NCBI GenBank assembly: GCA_003344405.1
Contig: NOWV01000267.1
Span: 1-64,000 of the forward strand
Source: Trichoplax sp. H2
Taxonomy: Eukaryota
Reading direction: 5' to 3'
DNA length: 64,000 nucleotides
Below are positions 28,401 through 48,800 of the stretch, one piece after another. Within the stretch, counting starts at the first letter, position 1, and the number at the start of each line of letters is the position of its first letter. The translations under genes and the position numbers were made by a program. Under the pieces are notes generated by a model. That model did no database searches. It was not told the DNA's origin and saw only the letters and a list, made by a program, of their open reading frames with translations.

Positions 28401-29248
28401 ACTTCGTCCCTACTCTACCTGGCCAGTTTCGTTTTATACACTGCCAACAAAATCTCCCCCATACCTACTCAAAATATTACAAGTCAATGCTACCTTATAT
28501 ACTTGTATTTTGGACTTGTAGATAGATGGAATGCATGAATTTTTATAAATATGGATGGTGGAAAAGATTAGGTCATAAGGTCGTTGTAGAATCATGCAGC
28601 TGCTAGAGCACACATGCGCAGTACGGTAGGATGCCGTGCCATTATTTTTGCTATCGATTACATATATCAAGGTAGAGGATAGGAAGGTGTGCACAATAGG
28701 TGTCGTTGATCGTTAAGGTGTCCCAGAAGACGACATTTATTTTACACACTGGGTAGAATTACTACCCTTTGCTTTAGCTCAAACTCAAGTCTACTATACT
28801 TCACTGTTCTCAAAGTGCCCAGCCCTTTCAATTGTAAGCGAAAGTAATGTCACTACTCACGATACAGTAAAGCATAGATAAAACAGGACGTCGTTAATCG
28901 CCTGGTAGTCGGATAGGGAAATACTGGACGAGTGGACATAAAGAAGAAGAAGAGATCATATATAAATTAATTATTATTTATCAATCAATCAATCGAAGGG
29001 AGAAGAATTTTATCTATTACCCATCGACCAAATCTCCTTCATTTATTGGCTGTACAACACCAATCAGTTTAGCCTATCTAGGTTAAGGTAATATAAGATA
29101 AATCGACCGATCGATTTTTTGAAGCCCAGTGGTCACCGACGGAAGAAGATTCCTTGACCATCGCAGGATCCAAGAAGTCCAAGTTGATATTGTTGTTGTG
29201 GCACATTTCAATCCATGGTAGAGGAAGAAGACGTTGAAAACGAGCAAA

Positions 29249-35330
<6,082 letters not shown>

Positions 35331-36840
35331 TGAATAGCCTAGTAGAGTTAGCTAATAAGGGAATTTATTTTCCTTTTTCTGTTATGATGTACAAGTAAAA
35401 TTGGACTTCAACTCGGCACACTGCTTTATACCTAATATTACGTTTGTTGTGTTCAGTGGATAATAATTGTTTTTTATCGAAAATCTAACATACTAGATTA
35501 AGATACTTTTCTCCATTGCAGTATCAATCCAATAGATGGAGATTATTCACTAAAATGTATGGAACGTCGAGTTGTTATTAATAATTATAATCATAGTTAC
35601 ATGATTAATGTTAGCGTAGGTTTATCTAGTGGATCGTCAATTTGAAATTGAGAAAATTATAATATTTAGAAATTACGACGGTGTCTTCATTTTGCCTATT
35701 CTTTGGCGTTTTATTGATAAATATTAATTATTGTTACTTCTACGGCAAATTATACCAGCCTTAATATTTATTTAGGTATAATTACTAAGAAATTTTTTAC
35801 GTGGTACTAACAACGTTACAGTCTTCCAAGAATACTGCATATTCGTGCTTGGTAGCGTTTATTATTGTAGCTAAGTTTACATTAACATTGTTGGATGCCA
35901 AAAAATGTTGTTCTATGATCACTATGTGCATGTATTCTACTTAAGCAGTGTCTGGGTGTAACGAATTTTATCACGGACTGTTGATGTATTTATGATGTAA
36001 ATATTTGGGTCAGATACGGTCTATTTTTAAGAGTATCGCGCACGCTGTGTAACACGATATATTAGGTTAGCCGTAATACAGTAATTATGTAAATTGACTA
36101 TACTAACTAACTAACTAGCCAACTAACTATTCATTCAGTATCGCATCTTTTATTTCCTGGAAATTCCAGTATAAGATGAAACAAGGATTATGTCTTGTTA
36201 TTGATTTATTTATTATGTTAAAGACTTATCCGATTAAAGTATATGAAAATATATTATTTTACGAAAATGTTGTATAGGGTGAAATTTTCTGCTGGCTGTA
36301 TGAAAAATAAGAGTAGCCATGGTGGGTAATTAAATACATAATTTTAGGGTAAGTATAGATGAAATCCAAAGAACGATGATATATTAACAAACGATTATTA
36401 ATAGGTTATGAATTAGATAAAAAGCTAGATAAATGACATGCATGTTTCATCGATAGGTGACAAACTGGATATGCTGTTTTACAGGGTATAAATCGCAATT
36501 ATGAGTACACATTTAGGCTCTCAAACATAATTATCATACCGTATAGCCTTCAGCGTTTTCGCTTGACATCATTAATAAAAAAATATTGTTGAAACGAATC
36601 AGGAGACTAATAATTCTTAAATACAAGATTTATATAGAAAGAGTAAGTTCAACATAGTAATGGTAGAATAGCATATAACTTATACAGTTTAAATTTATGC
36701 GATTAAAGGTATTTATAGATGACTAGAAACAATTTCACATGTTTTATACTTTACTATACAAAGTTGTCAAATTATTCTAATTATTAGCTCGTACGAGTGA
36801 TCGCATTATTAGCGATAATGATTATATCCATAGCAGAGAG

Positions 36841-39800
36841 TTATAAATCATCATCTCCGATTACATTAACATCTTCAAAAATTTCGTTTTGAACAACTTC
36901 TTCATTCTTGTTGGTATTGCGTTGTAACATTCCTTGAAACTTACTCTGTTGATAGTTAAAATTAATTTATTTCATAGGATTGCAAGGATAATAAGGTTAC
37001 TGTAATACTGTAGAATATTGATGAAGACACTACTTACTGAGAACTTTTTCATTGCATTTCCTGATCGCAAGACAAAATTACCAGAAGACTGTACATGTAA
37101 TATAGATTAAATTGTATAAGCAACGACGAATACTTAAAAGCATAGCAGAATGAATTTTGAAAATGAAATGGAGTGAAAATCTACTTTATTTACCTCAATC
37201 GAGTCAGAAAATGCTGCATTAGTGGAACGTTGTGAGGCACTTGCTATTGTCTGTATGATGTTATAAACAATATTAAAAATTGGGAAGATGTTTCGCATTA
37301 TTCTATATTTGTGATTTAGGGTTACTTTACTCGTATTCCTAAATAGCTTTGAGGTATTACAAGATAGCCATTGATAGAATTTATACGTATTCTTATTATT
37401 GTAACTAGAGAGCTACAGACCTCTACAGATCCTGATGAAATAGAAGATTCTGTTATGGTTCTGCGGCGGCCAGCTGGTGTTCGGGTTGATTGATTTCGTC
37501 TACCTCGAACGTGTTCTTGTGCCATATCTTTAAGGCACATGCTCATAAATATGGCCTTGAGACATTCAGAATAAGTAAAATCATCAGATCTTTATTAAAA
37601 TATTTCAATATGAACACTAAAATAATGAAACATTACACCGTAGATCTCGTTCCGAGCTTAGTTAATTGATTAGTCATAGATAACAAATATATAATAGGTA
37701 TTTTATTCTAATATTCTTTCCAACATTAAGCTAAAAAGTTCTACGGATTATTTCATCGATGGCTGAGCTGGTGCTACTTTATTTTATATCCGTATACAAT
37801 TTTGTCAGTTCAATATCGGGACAAAATATGAATAATGTTCATTGCACGTTTTATAAGTTTTGCTAAAGATATCCAGACACTTTTTTCCCGAAATGCCTTA
37901 CAATCGGTACTATCTAGTATTTGAATTGGTTAACTTTTAAGCATTTACTATGGGTATCTATGCTCATTAGATATAATCCGTATAGTAGAAGAAAACGTAA
38001 TCAATCAAATCGCGTAAGTATAGTTTTAAACTGAATTTATTTTTCAAATGTTTATTAAAAAGTTTTAGGTTAATTGCTGCGCATAATACTGATGGTTAAA
38101 AGCTAGTATAATTCATTTTAGGTTCTATACGTATTTATTTCGACATCTAGCCTTGATATCCTTTCTAATACTATAGTTGAAACTCCTTGCATGCTATTCT
38201 ATGTACGATCGAGGTAAAGTATTAAATTAAGCGTATGATAATCATTTACGCACGCATTTGCTTCTATCGCTTGAGCGATTAAATTATTATAACTAGCAAT
38301 CAAAGTTTGAGTAGCGATATACTAAATATTGCACTCATATTGCTAAATACTTTTACTGTAAGAAATTAATTTGGAGATAATATTTAAAATATTTGCGTGT
38401 TTGCTTTTATAGGAATAAAAAAATATCAAATTAGGCATGTACTAATTATTGCACTCGTATTTGTAAATGCTACCACAATATTCTATACCTGGATGATTCA
38501 ATTAATGTAGCAATGATATATCAAAGTAAAATACTAAAATTAGACATAGGAGTATACAGACTATTATACTAGTATAAATATAAGATTATGATATCATAAT
38601 ATTGGGTGATTAAGTTAATATTGCTGTGATTTATTAAGGTAAAATATTAAATTTGGCGAGTATCAACTTTTTAGTCTTAAATGCGTGTAAACCATAACAT
38701 ATACTGTTATATTTTTACTACTGCAATTTTCTTAATTGTTATATGTAGACATACCTGCGAAGAAGCAATCGATATCCATTGCAATTTTTCTTTACTCATA
38801 AGATATTCGAATGATAACATGAATAAATATTCGTCGCTATTTTCCTCACGCTAAGTATGATTGACATTTAAAAAAATTGATATGATTAGACAATTATATT
38901 AAAATCGTTCGATTCTTTCGTAATCTATTAAACTATAATTAATTAAAGAAATTGTTTTTTAAATCTAACCTTAGCCACAGTTTTCCAGCATTTCATCCGT
39001 GTTAACTTAAATGAGCCAGCTTTAACCTTCCCCTTGTAATTGTAAATTATAAAAAGGAATAGAGGAATTCGTTTTTACTCTAATTTTCATTCTATCAGAC
39101 AATTATATCCTTGTAACTATTTAAGTATTTATCGAATAATATAGTCCTATGACCAGATACTATACGTACTTCTTCTAGAAATACTTTAATATTAAGTGCC
39201 ATATCCCCAATGGAAACTAAGACTTTTGTATTTTCTTTAGGATAATCACATGTGCACATTTCAAAGACGATATAGCCATAGTTATATTGCCGTTTTGCTA
39301 GTTGAATATACTGAAATTTCATCGAATGAAAGAGATTAGTTTGACTGTGAAGATTGGGCAATTAATTATAATTTATTAAGTTTAACTAGAGATAATATTT
39401 CCACCTCCTTCTTTTCTTTTTTCTCTATTAATTCTGCTAACTTTGCTTTAGTATTTTGTGATGCGGATATCCAACCTCGCTTAACTTCATCAACAATCTA
39501 TATATTCAATTTACGTAGCACAGAAACAACATTATGAATCAAATAGATCCTCTGGTTGTGGTATTGTGGAATTGAATAGCAGTTTAATTTACTTGCAAAT
39601 GGAGCAGATTCAAGCCAATCTCGGTTTCCATTAAAAGATCGTCATATTTCGTAGACCAATAGCTAAGAAAGTAAAAATAATGAATAAATTAGTAAAAACT
39701 ATTATGACGGGTAAATTATCATGACAAATTGAATGTAGTCAAGCCGAAGCTAATGGCACAATAAAATCTTGTGCAAGATTGCAGGAATTCTACCTGGTCA

Positions 39801-42800
39801 ATAAAGAAAAGGAAGAGAAAAGGAAAAATGGACAAAATGAATTAACAAACGGACTGATTTTATTCCCAAAGCTACATCAAGTCTTTTAAGTTTGATCTTG
39901 AGTAAACCGTTTATGAAATAGGTAGCATTTCCATGTCAGTAGATGATACAGTAAGGATTTTAACAGCCAGAATCATGATCGATATGAAGGTTTGAATATC
40001 TGATCCTGTCGTTATTATTGGGAATCACGCATACTAGGGTACGGTAAAATACAATGATTCTTCGATGCTGGAGAAATTTAAATTCGTACAACTACAAATG
40101 GAAAGGATAGCTACTCTAGCAATGCAATCAATTATACAATCGGCAAAAGAGAAATGAAATAAGGTGATCTAGCTATCCATTGAATCAATACTTATCCAAT
40201 GTATTTTTGAATTTATAAGGGTACTCGTAACCTCTCAAGAATGTACAGTACAGTAAACAATATCATAATGACGGGATTATTCCTGGAAGTCAATAAGATT
40301 AGAAAGTCTTTCCCAACTTTAACTTACCATTTTCGTATGACAATGTGTAAATTAGAATCATCGTTGGCGATAGAAAGATAGGGAGATTCAAAATTTTGTA
40401 ACTTGCGAACAACTTGGCAAAAGAATAATAATCAGCATGATTAGTCCTCAAGAAAGTAATCCGAACCATAACTAAAAGATCTATTCATGCTTGCCTATTG
40501 ATAATGGTGAACATAGCATAGCGCAATCACTTATTAAAATTAATATAGTGATCTATAATTTTATTTTCGCTTGCAATATTAGAAATAGTCTTTCTACTTG
40601 ATGGTAATTAAAAGTTAGAAACGTAATATAAAGATAGATAGTTATCCTGACTTTATGAATTAATTCTTCTACATGATCTATCTAGTATATAGAGTTCAAT
40701 TTTGCTACAATAATTATGGTTGAACAAAAGTAATTCTTGAGTGATTTATAAGTTTGAGGGGGAAATAGGTGAATACGACTACTGTGAGCAGAGAATAAGT
40801 CTATTAAGGTCTATTAACAACTTGGTTATGGACTTAATAGATAACATTAGGATAGTTGACGATAAAATAAGCAATTGAAAGCCATCATTGGCTTGCTATA
40901 ATTCATCATAATGATAACTAAAATACGAGCAGGAGTCTAATAGCAAGGAAAGTAGATATGATAATATTATATTATGTTAATAAAGTAGTAGAGATTGTCG
41001 AATCTACGTACTGGTTGTAGTGTTTTCTTTTTTCTGGACAATATAAAGTCCGAAATAGTAGACCAGTTCTGCCGGAAGTTCCAATTGTGATACCACTGCC
41101 TATAATACAAATTATTGAATGGCATGATTTGCTGATATAAGAAGAAAAATAATTTATCCAGCTACTCTAACTTAGAGGTTAATCTCCCTTCTCTATGTAG
41201 TGAGATTGTACTGTAGAAGATCTATTTTCCAATTCCTTACCGATATTTTTTTGTTGAAAAAAAAACAATATATAAAAGCTATACTTAACTACTTAACTTC
41301 GACGCTAATCTCTATTAGATATAGCGAAATTGCATAGTCTAAGATATCATTTCTACCGTAAATTAGCTAAATCTCATTCTTTTATATCATTATGATGATA
41401 AAACTTTCAATAGGCTGGAAGAGCGTTTGATAGATCAAAAGCTCTTTCTAAAAAGTAAAGTAATGATGAATGTATTTATTTCTTACCTCTAAGGCATCGT
41501 CTGTAAAGCTATCTGATGAAATATTGATGACAACTTTGTGGCCATTTAATAAATAAATATCTAACTCGACATTCTCAACTTCCTTTCCAGATGAGACCTT
41601 GACAATATGAGATTAAAAATGATTAACGATGGTGCTTTGATGAAGACCTATCCAACACGGAAATTCTAGCTAGTCTAGTCTGAATCCGATCGGTATTTAG
41701 TTATTATAATATTGAATTTGTAACGAATAACGTTATGAAAATTTACATAAACGTAGTTAATGTGTAGTTTTGATAGTCATGGTATCACGAATATAATTGG
41801 ATCTACCTATAAGCATACATTTACATATAATTAATACGTAGTGCTATCGTCATATTAAGATTCAGCACGGTAACTTCACACGGTGTCATGTAGATTAATA
41901 TATATTTAGAGATAGTCCATATAAGATATCTATTCTTTATACAGCAATGAATTGGACACTGGACAGTACTTTGATGTTTAACTAGTTCAATAAAGTTATG
42001 CTCATCCATAACAGAATTTTGATATGAATATCAATGATAGCCACATAAAATTGCAGTCCATAACCATAATAAGAACAGAACTATAAAACCTTTAATTTGT
42101 GGATGTTATTGAACAATTATAATAATTAGAATACTAGCGTTACTAATCGGTGCATGATGTAGCTCATAAGCGTATTACAATAATCTATAGTGGCAGGCAC
42201 CACTATTAGCTTGATCATTAGGAGTCACCAATTACTACCGTGGCTGTCGGTTATATCTTTTAATTCATTAACGCAATAGTCACATAATAAATTCTCCTTT
42301 CAAATTAAAATATAACTTACTTGCTGGAAAGTTACAAGATGGCGATTGAATATGCCGTCATTAATAATTCTCTTTCTTTGAGTTACTGTAAGAAAGAAAT
42401 GTATGTTGGTAAGAAATTAGCAGTCTCATTAAATCAGATAGCATGCGCTATATAAAAAAGTAGAGATAGCTCAAATCAGCAGTCTTATAAATCAGATAGT
42501 ATACGCCAATCAGAAATGTAGATATAGCTCGAATCAGCTGTCTTATAAAATCAGATAGCATGCTCTATTTAGAAAAGTAGATATGCCTCAAATCAACAGT
42601 CATATTAAGTCGGATAGTATACGCTATATAGTAGATATGACTCAATTATGAGTAAAAGTCTTATTGTATATAACGTTTATGAGGGAATGATTGGAGTCGT
42701 CTAGGCGATATGAAATTAAATGTTTAAACGATTTTGCAAAGATATTGATCCCATTCCCCTTCTACTTCCAGTGCTATTATTCCTTTGCATGCTATCAGTA

Positions 42801-45800
42801 TCCAGAACTGATTTCTACCGATCGACTTTAGTGCACTAATTCTATGCTATTTCATTTAATCTTTCTTAAACGTTCTAGTCTAGTATTTATTTCCTCTATG
42901 GTTAGAGAGATTCTCCTAGATAACTCACAAATCAATTTAAAGCCAATATTACTTTTTTAACTTACTCGTTTGCAGATATTTTTCCAATTGTTCCCGCCTT
43001 TGATCCGTCTGAGCAGCTGACAAGGTAAACAATTTTTTGGGTGGAAATTGCCCTACCACTTTAAAACCATATTTCTTTTTTAGCTGTAAGAATAAAGATG
43101 ATTCATTCATTCATTTATTACTTATTTTCTTTCTGGTAGAAATAGACGATATTAAAATAGGCATCTAGAATCATAAGAATATTGACCATTTCTGGTAACA
43201 ATAATTTACTTGTCATTCATTTTTCTGTGATTATTATGCACAAGAAAGGACATAGTTGAAAATGCTCTACTTTCGCAGCTACAGTTGATTTATGATTTAT
43301 TTTTCTATACTTAGTACGCACTAGGGAAGGAGAAAACATGTTCGAAAATGTGCTATTACTGTATAAATAAATGATTTATTTCTACGTTTATTTGTGCATT
43401 GAAAAAGATGTACAGAATCGAAAACGCTCTGTTACTGCAGAATCAAATGAAAAATCGATGAAATATCATTTATTTCCCTGGTTGGTATTTATTGGAGAAG
43501 ATCAATATAGTATGATTGAAAGCACTCTACTACTGCAGAAATACCCAATTGAATCATTATTTCATACGATTATTACGGATTGAAAAAGATGAATATGACT
43601 AAAAATATTTTACACTGTAGAATTGTACTGTATAATTTATCAACTATTTTTGTATGATTATTATACATTGAAAAGGATGAATATGACCGAAAATGCTCTA
43701 CTGTAGAAATTGCTGATTTATCATTTACTTTCTATACTTACTAGCTATACGTGTGCTACTCGTCCTACCAACCAATAATTTATCTCCCTAAATTAATTAT
43801 CTAGCTTAATTTATTCAGTCTAGCTAATGCTAAAGTTCGCATTATTGCCAAATCTATTCTATTGGACTAGTTTGGCATAGTAGAGAAAGATTATACTATA
43901 GTAATGGATTGAGAGAGATCAGCATAACCGAAAATTTTTTACTGCTGTAGAAAATGATAATGTATCGTTTACTTTCTGTACCTCACTTATTATACATTTG
44001 AAACGGATGAATATGATTCAAAATGCTGTAAAATTACAGAATAAGATAATTTATAGTTTATTTTTCATACTTGTTGGGCATTGATAAGACAAACATGATC
44101 GAAAATACTGTACTTGAGCTAAAGTAAATGATTTATCATGTATTACACTGGCTCATATATGTATTTGAAAAAGATAAAAATGATCGGAAATGCTCTACTA
44201 GAATAGAAATAAATGATTTATCGTTTATTTTTTTTAGCTCATTATGCATTGGAAGAAGATAAACATAATCGAAAATGCTGCACTAATGTAGAAATACAGT
44301 AAAATGTACTACATCGTTCATTTCCTATACATATGATGCAAAGAAAAAGATAAATATAATCGAAAATGCACCAATAAAAGTAAGTATAACACTTATTGAT
44401 TTTTTCCTAAATACTAACTACCAGAATTGGTCTAGGTATTGCAATTATAGTGCGTGAAATAATTTTAGTTTAAAGCAATTCATGATATATTTCCTATGTT
44501 TATTATGCTTAGGTAAAATCGAATATGACGAAAAATTCGTTTCCAGGAATGAATTATCGTTTCCTGCCTGAATACTTACTACCAGATTTAGTTTCGTTAC
44601 GGTGATGAGTGTTAGAAATGATATTATTTTACAGTTCTATAAAATTGGCTCTAAGCCAAAAGCATAGAATGACTGCATGTTGTTATTATTCTTATTTGTT
44701 GATCTTTGAACATTCATGACACCTTAATTTAGTTTTAGTTACTTTGGCATTAACCTGACTATCGCGATAATAAAAATGAAACACAACCAAGACTGCTAAT
44801 ATTGAAGGGCTCATTTCTTAAGCTAGTAAATAGCTCTTTTACTCCTATTCAATTTTCAACTTCAATATGGATCGCAAAGCCAGATAAATAGATAATGCAA
44901 TTTGCAACAAATGGAGCAATTTCTTATCATACAAAGTAAAATAATTGACAAAAATGTAACGTTGTTTCCTCGATAGCAAGCTCAAATTTCATCTAGAATT
45001 GATATTGAATCCATCGATCTTCAATTTAATATCATTCATTTTACAATTTAGACTTGCAACGAATAGTTTGCCCTTCAATAAAATGATTACTACCTTGTAT
45101 CACTATTTATGGCAATGGCTTAATGTCGATTTTACCATTAAGGAAGTCAAAAATGTCATTTGATGACTTGATTGCTATTAATTTTATCGTTATTATGAAA
45201 TTTAAACTGGCGCTGATCTTATTTTTGATTTAGTATAGAGTACAGATCGAAATTTTGTTCTTGTTATTTTATGAATGATGTCATTACTTCTGTATGCAGT
45301 TCTAAGATCAACGATTTCATATTTATATTGATAGAGAAGGGGCAAATCAGATATTAAAAATAATGATGACGTCTTTTCAGAGGGCGTCAATATTATCATA
45401 CCCAAATCGATACACAATATTCTGGCACAAATAGACTGATTATTATCCGATAAGAATATCTCAGGTACGTACAGGACATCAGTTCTAATAATAGCATTAA
45501 AAAATAGCATTCTTGACGATTACTGTGAATGTAATGGCTTTTACTACTGCTATGAAATCTAGCTATCAATGATGTAGGCATTAGGCATGTATAGGACATT
45601 GGTTCTACTGCTAATGGCGTAAAGAAATAACATTCTCAAGAATTACTATGTAGCAACTTTTATTGCTGCTATGGAATCGAACTAAAATATCTCAGGTATG
45701 TATACAATATCAGTTCTACTACTAAGGACGTGAAGAAATAGCATTCTCGATAAGTAATGCAACTATCGTAGCTTTTATTGCTGCTATGAAATTTAATGAT

Positions 45801-48800
45801 GACATATTATTTGGTCTTCTTTTTGACATGATATTTAATTTTGCTAATGATGATTAATTTAATTCTTTGCTTAATCAATCTCGTGGGATAACGATTTCAT
45901 TTGTGGTATGTGAGAAATAGATGCAATCAGATGAGAAAATATATATACTAATGTCCTGTGGATGGAAATATGACAATTAATACTGGTATGTGGTCATGCT
46001 TGTGGATTAATCAATCATCAACGAGTAAATTAATATTACCATTGATTAAACTACTTGTAGTTGGATAGAAGATACGGAGTAAAATTAAGAGAAAGATAGC
46101 AGATATTTGAATAATATACAATAGATGAACACTGATGCAAAATTACATCGTAAAGTAAATAAATGTAGAATTAATCCTAGTCTGTACATAACCTATTTCC
46201 TTTATGTTGATTCCAATAAGGGCTGAATAAATAAAACGGATGTAAGCTTATTCTATAATCATCCCATGTGAAGTAAATAATGGTGAACTATTTAAGTAAA
46301 GTTTAGCTATAAAAATTTGATGTTACTATCAACAGAATAATCCCAATAGAGCATAAATGAAAGAATATCAGAGTATAATAGCATATCCCAAGCAATTATA
46401 AATGCCAAATTGTATGATATTGAGTACGACTAAATTTGCTGAATAGCCTAGTAAAGGAAATTTTGAATATTAAGTGTAATACTGAATTCGATTAAAGGCT
46501 AAAATTACTAATGTTATCCAATAGTCTAGAAATATATTTTGAAGATAGATCTGTCAATGCTGATACATCATATGCTAAATTATATAGTAAAATGCTGTAC
46601 TTGCAGTTTATCCAATAATTCAATAAAAATGTGTTTGAAAAGGATCTCAATATTGCATTTATTTTTGATGAAGATTGTAGGAAGTAGATCCCCAATCTGT
46701 GAAATAGCTAGTCTGGTAAAAATTTGCTTTAAAATAGGTATAAACGCTAAATACTGGATTTATTGCTGAAATAGATTCCATGGATATTCCTTAATTAACT
46801 CAATGATCCAATGGAACTGTATTTCAAAATAGACATCAATGTTGCATTCCAAACTCGAGTACGGTATACAGAAGTAGATCACTAGATCGACCAAACCGTC
46901 TACTAAAGTATATTTTGAAAATAGACATTAATGCTAAATTATGTAACAAGAGAAATATAATCTACATCAGCCTAACACATTAAACTATTCTATGCAGATT
47001 GACGAATCCAATGAAACTGTATTTTAAAGTAGACATCAATGTTGCATTCCATGCTAGAGTACGGTATATAGAAGTAAATCAATTAATTCGCCAAACCGTC
47101 CACTGAAGTATATTTTGAAAATAGACATTAATACTACATTCTATAAAAAGAAAAACATAAACTATATTAACCTGGCAGATTATGCTATTCTATTGAGATT
47201 GACTAATATCAAAGCTATGCAACTATTATTTATTTATAAATATCATTGTGGATGAAGATCATTAAATAGTATCGATGTAAATACCATTTCTTAAATTTGA
47301 AAATATCCGATCTAGAAAGTAAAATTGATTTATACTTGATATTGCAAGCAAATGATATGATGTTATTTATATTACAAGCAAATTTAAGTCGTCAAGGTTA
47401 TTTGAAGGCGTTCAGAGTATCAACTTAGTGAGAAAATAGGAACCGTTTAAAATGATTAGAAGGATAGAATTAATTAATATTGCAAATAATATTGTAAAGA
47501 TGGATTATAGAGCCTTGAATATTGCTTTTCTATTCTAAAGCAATCCAGCTAGAATTGATGGTGCTGCCTGCCATATTGGTAGCTTAAGAATAACTTAAAC
47601 CTTCTTAGGGAAGTATTCATGGTCATAGCAAAAAGAAATGGTGAATTATCTGCGCCTAAGAAACTGATCTTCTTTCCTCATTAGCAGAATTCTACTGGAA
47701 ATAGCTTGCAATTAATTTACTCTCTTATTCAAATCTTTGAAAGCATTTGAAAGTGTTGCGGCGTAGAAACAACTACAGCCGTTTGAACTAATGCAATTTT
47801 CTGATTAGTAACAAATATTTTTGGCATTAGCATACTATCTAGATCGAGAAAAATAGATCTTCTTGACTTCCTGATAAGATACTACTAAAAATAGCTAGCC
47901 ATAGCTTAACTCTGATATCCAAGCCTTGGAATGAGTTGAAAGTAAAACATATCTAACGCGGCTATTTTAAAACTGTCTAATTTTCAAAACAGGTATGAAA
48001 GTTATGCAATAAAGCGGTAGGAGTAAAATAATTAAAGATGAACACTCGGAACCATCAATAGCTGATATGTCAACTTGAGAAATGCTGAGGAATATCGCTG
48101 CTCAAAATATGATCATTATATTCTATCATTCTTGCCCTTTTGACTTTTAATTATAGCAGTATGAGCTAATTAGATCATAAACTATTATTATCACCTAATA
48201 ATAAAAGATAGCACTGGCTTAAAATTAAAGTGATCGCTTATTATATCGACGGTTGACCACCTGCATATTCGAGATTTCAGCCTGATTAACAAGCAATAGG
48301 CTAAATAGTTCTAGTAAATTTTGTAGAAGACGAGATTCATTTTAATCTAGGGATGTATTAGTCAAGGGATCGATAGGACAAAACTCATTACAAAACTAAA
48401 TGATAGCTACTCTTTTATGGAAAGTAACTCGAGATCTTTAATTCGATTGGGAAGTAATTGGTTGGATAGTAGTAGTAACTCTGTAGGAGAAATCAATTAT
48501 TTGAAATCTATCTTTGCAACGTGTAGGTGAGAAGAGCAATAAGACAGGATTCATTTGTTGGCTAAACGATAGCTATTCCCCTTGAATATAAAGTGATTGG
48601 AGATATTCAACCCGATTAAGAAGTAATGGATGAAATAGTTCTTATGACCCTGCAGAAAAGTGGATTTGCTATTGCAATCAATAAGCGAAAGAGACCAATA
48701 AGTATATTGGATAGCTAAACGGTAGCTACTACTTGATAGGAAATGAGGATAAAAATTCGCAGTCTGAATCTAATCATGAAATTGCCAATGTACACTCTAT

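Noticed and set aside
28236..28538. 100-aa ORF with repeated SHVAISLV
   Set aside because: The frame is kept open by the 24-bp minisatellite; no homology recognised.
36101..36130. (TAAC)n-like run
   Set aside because: Trivial microsatellite, not telomeric or otherwise informative.
45202..45599. Overlapping minus-strand ORFs in SNX17 intron 2
   Set aside because: They partly overlap the 115-bp repeat, show no domain, and are not needed for the SNX17 reading frame.
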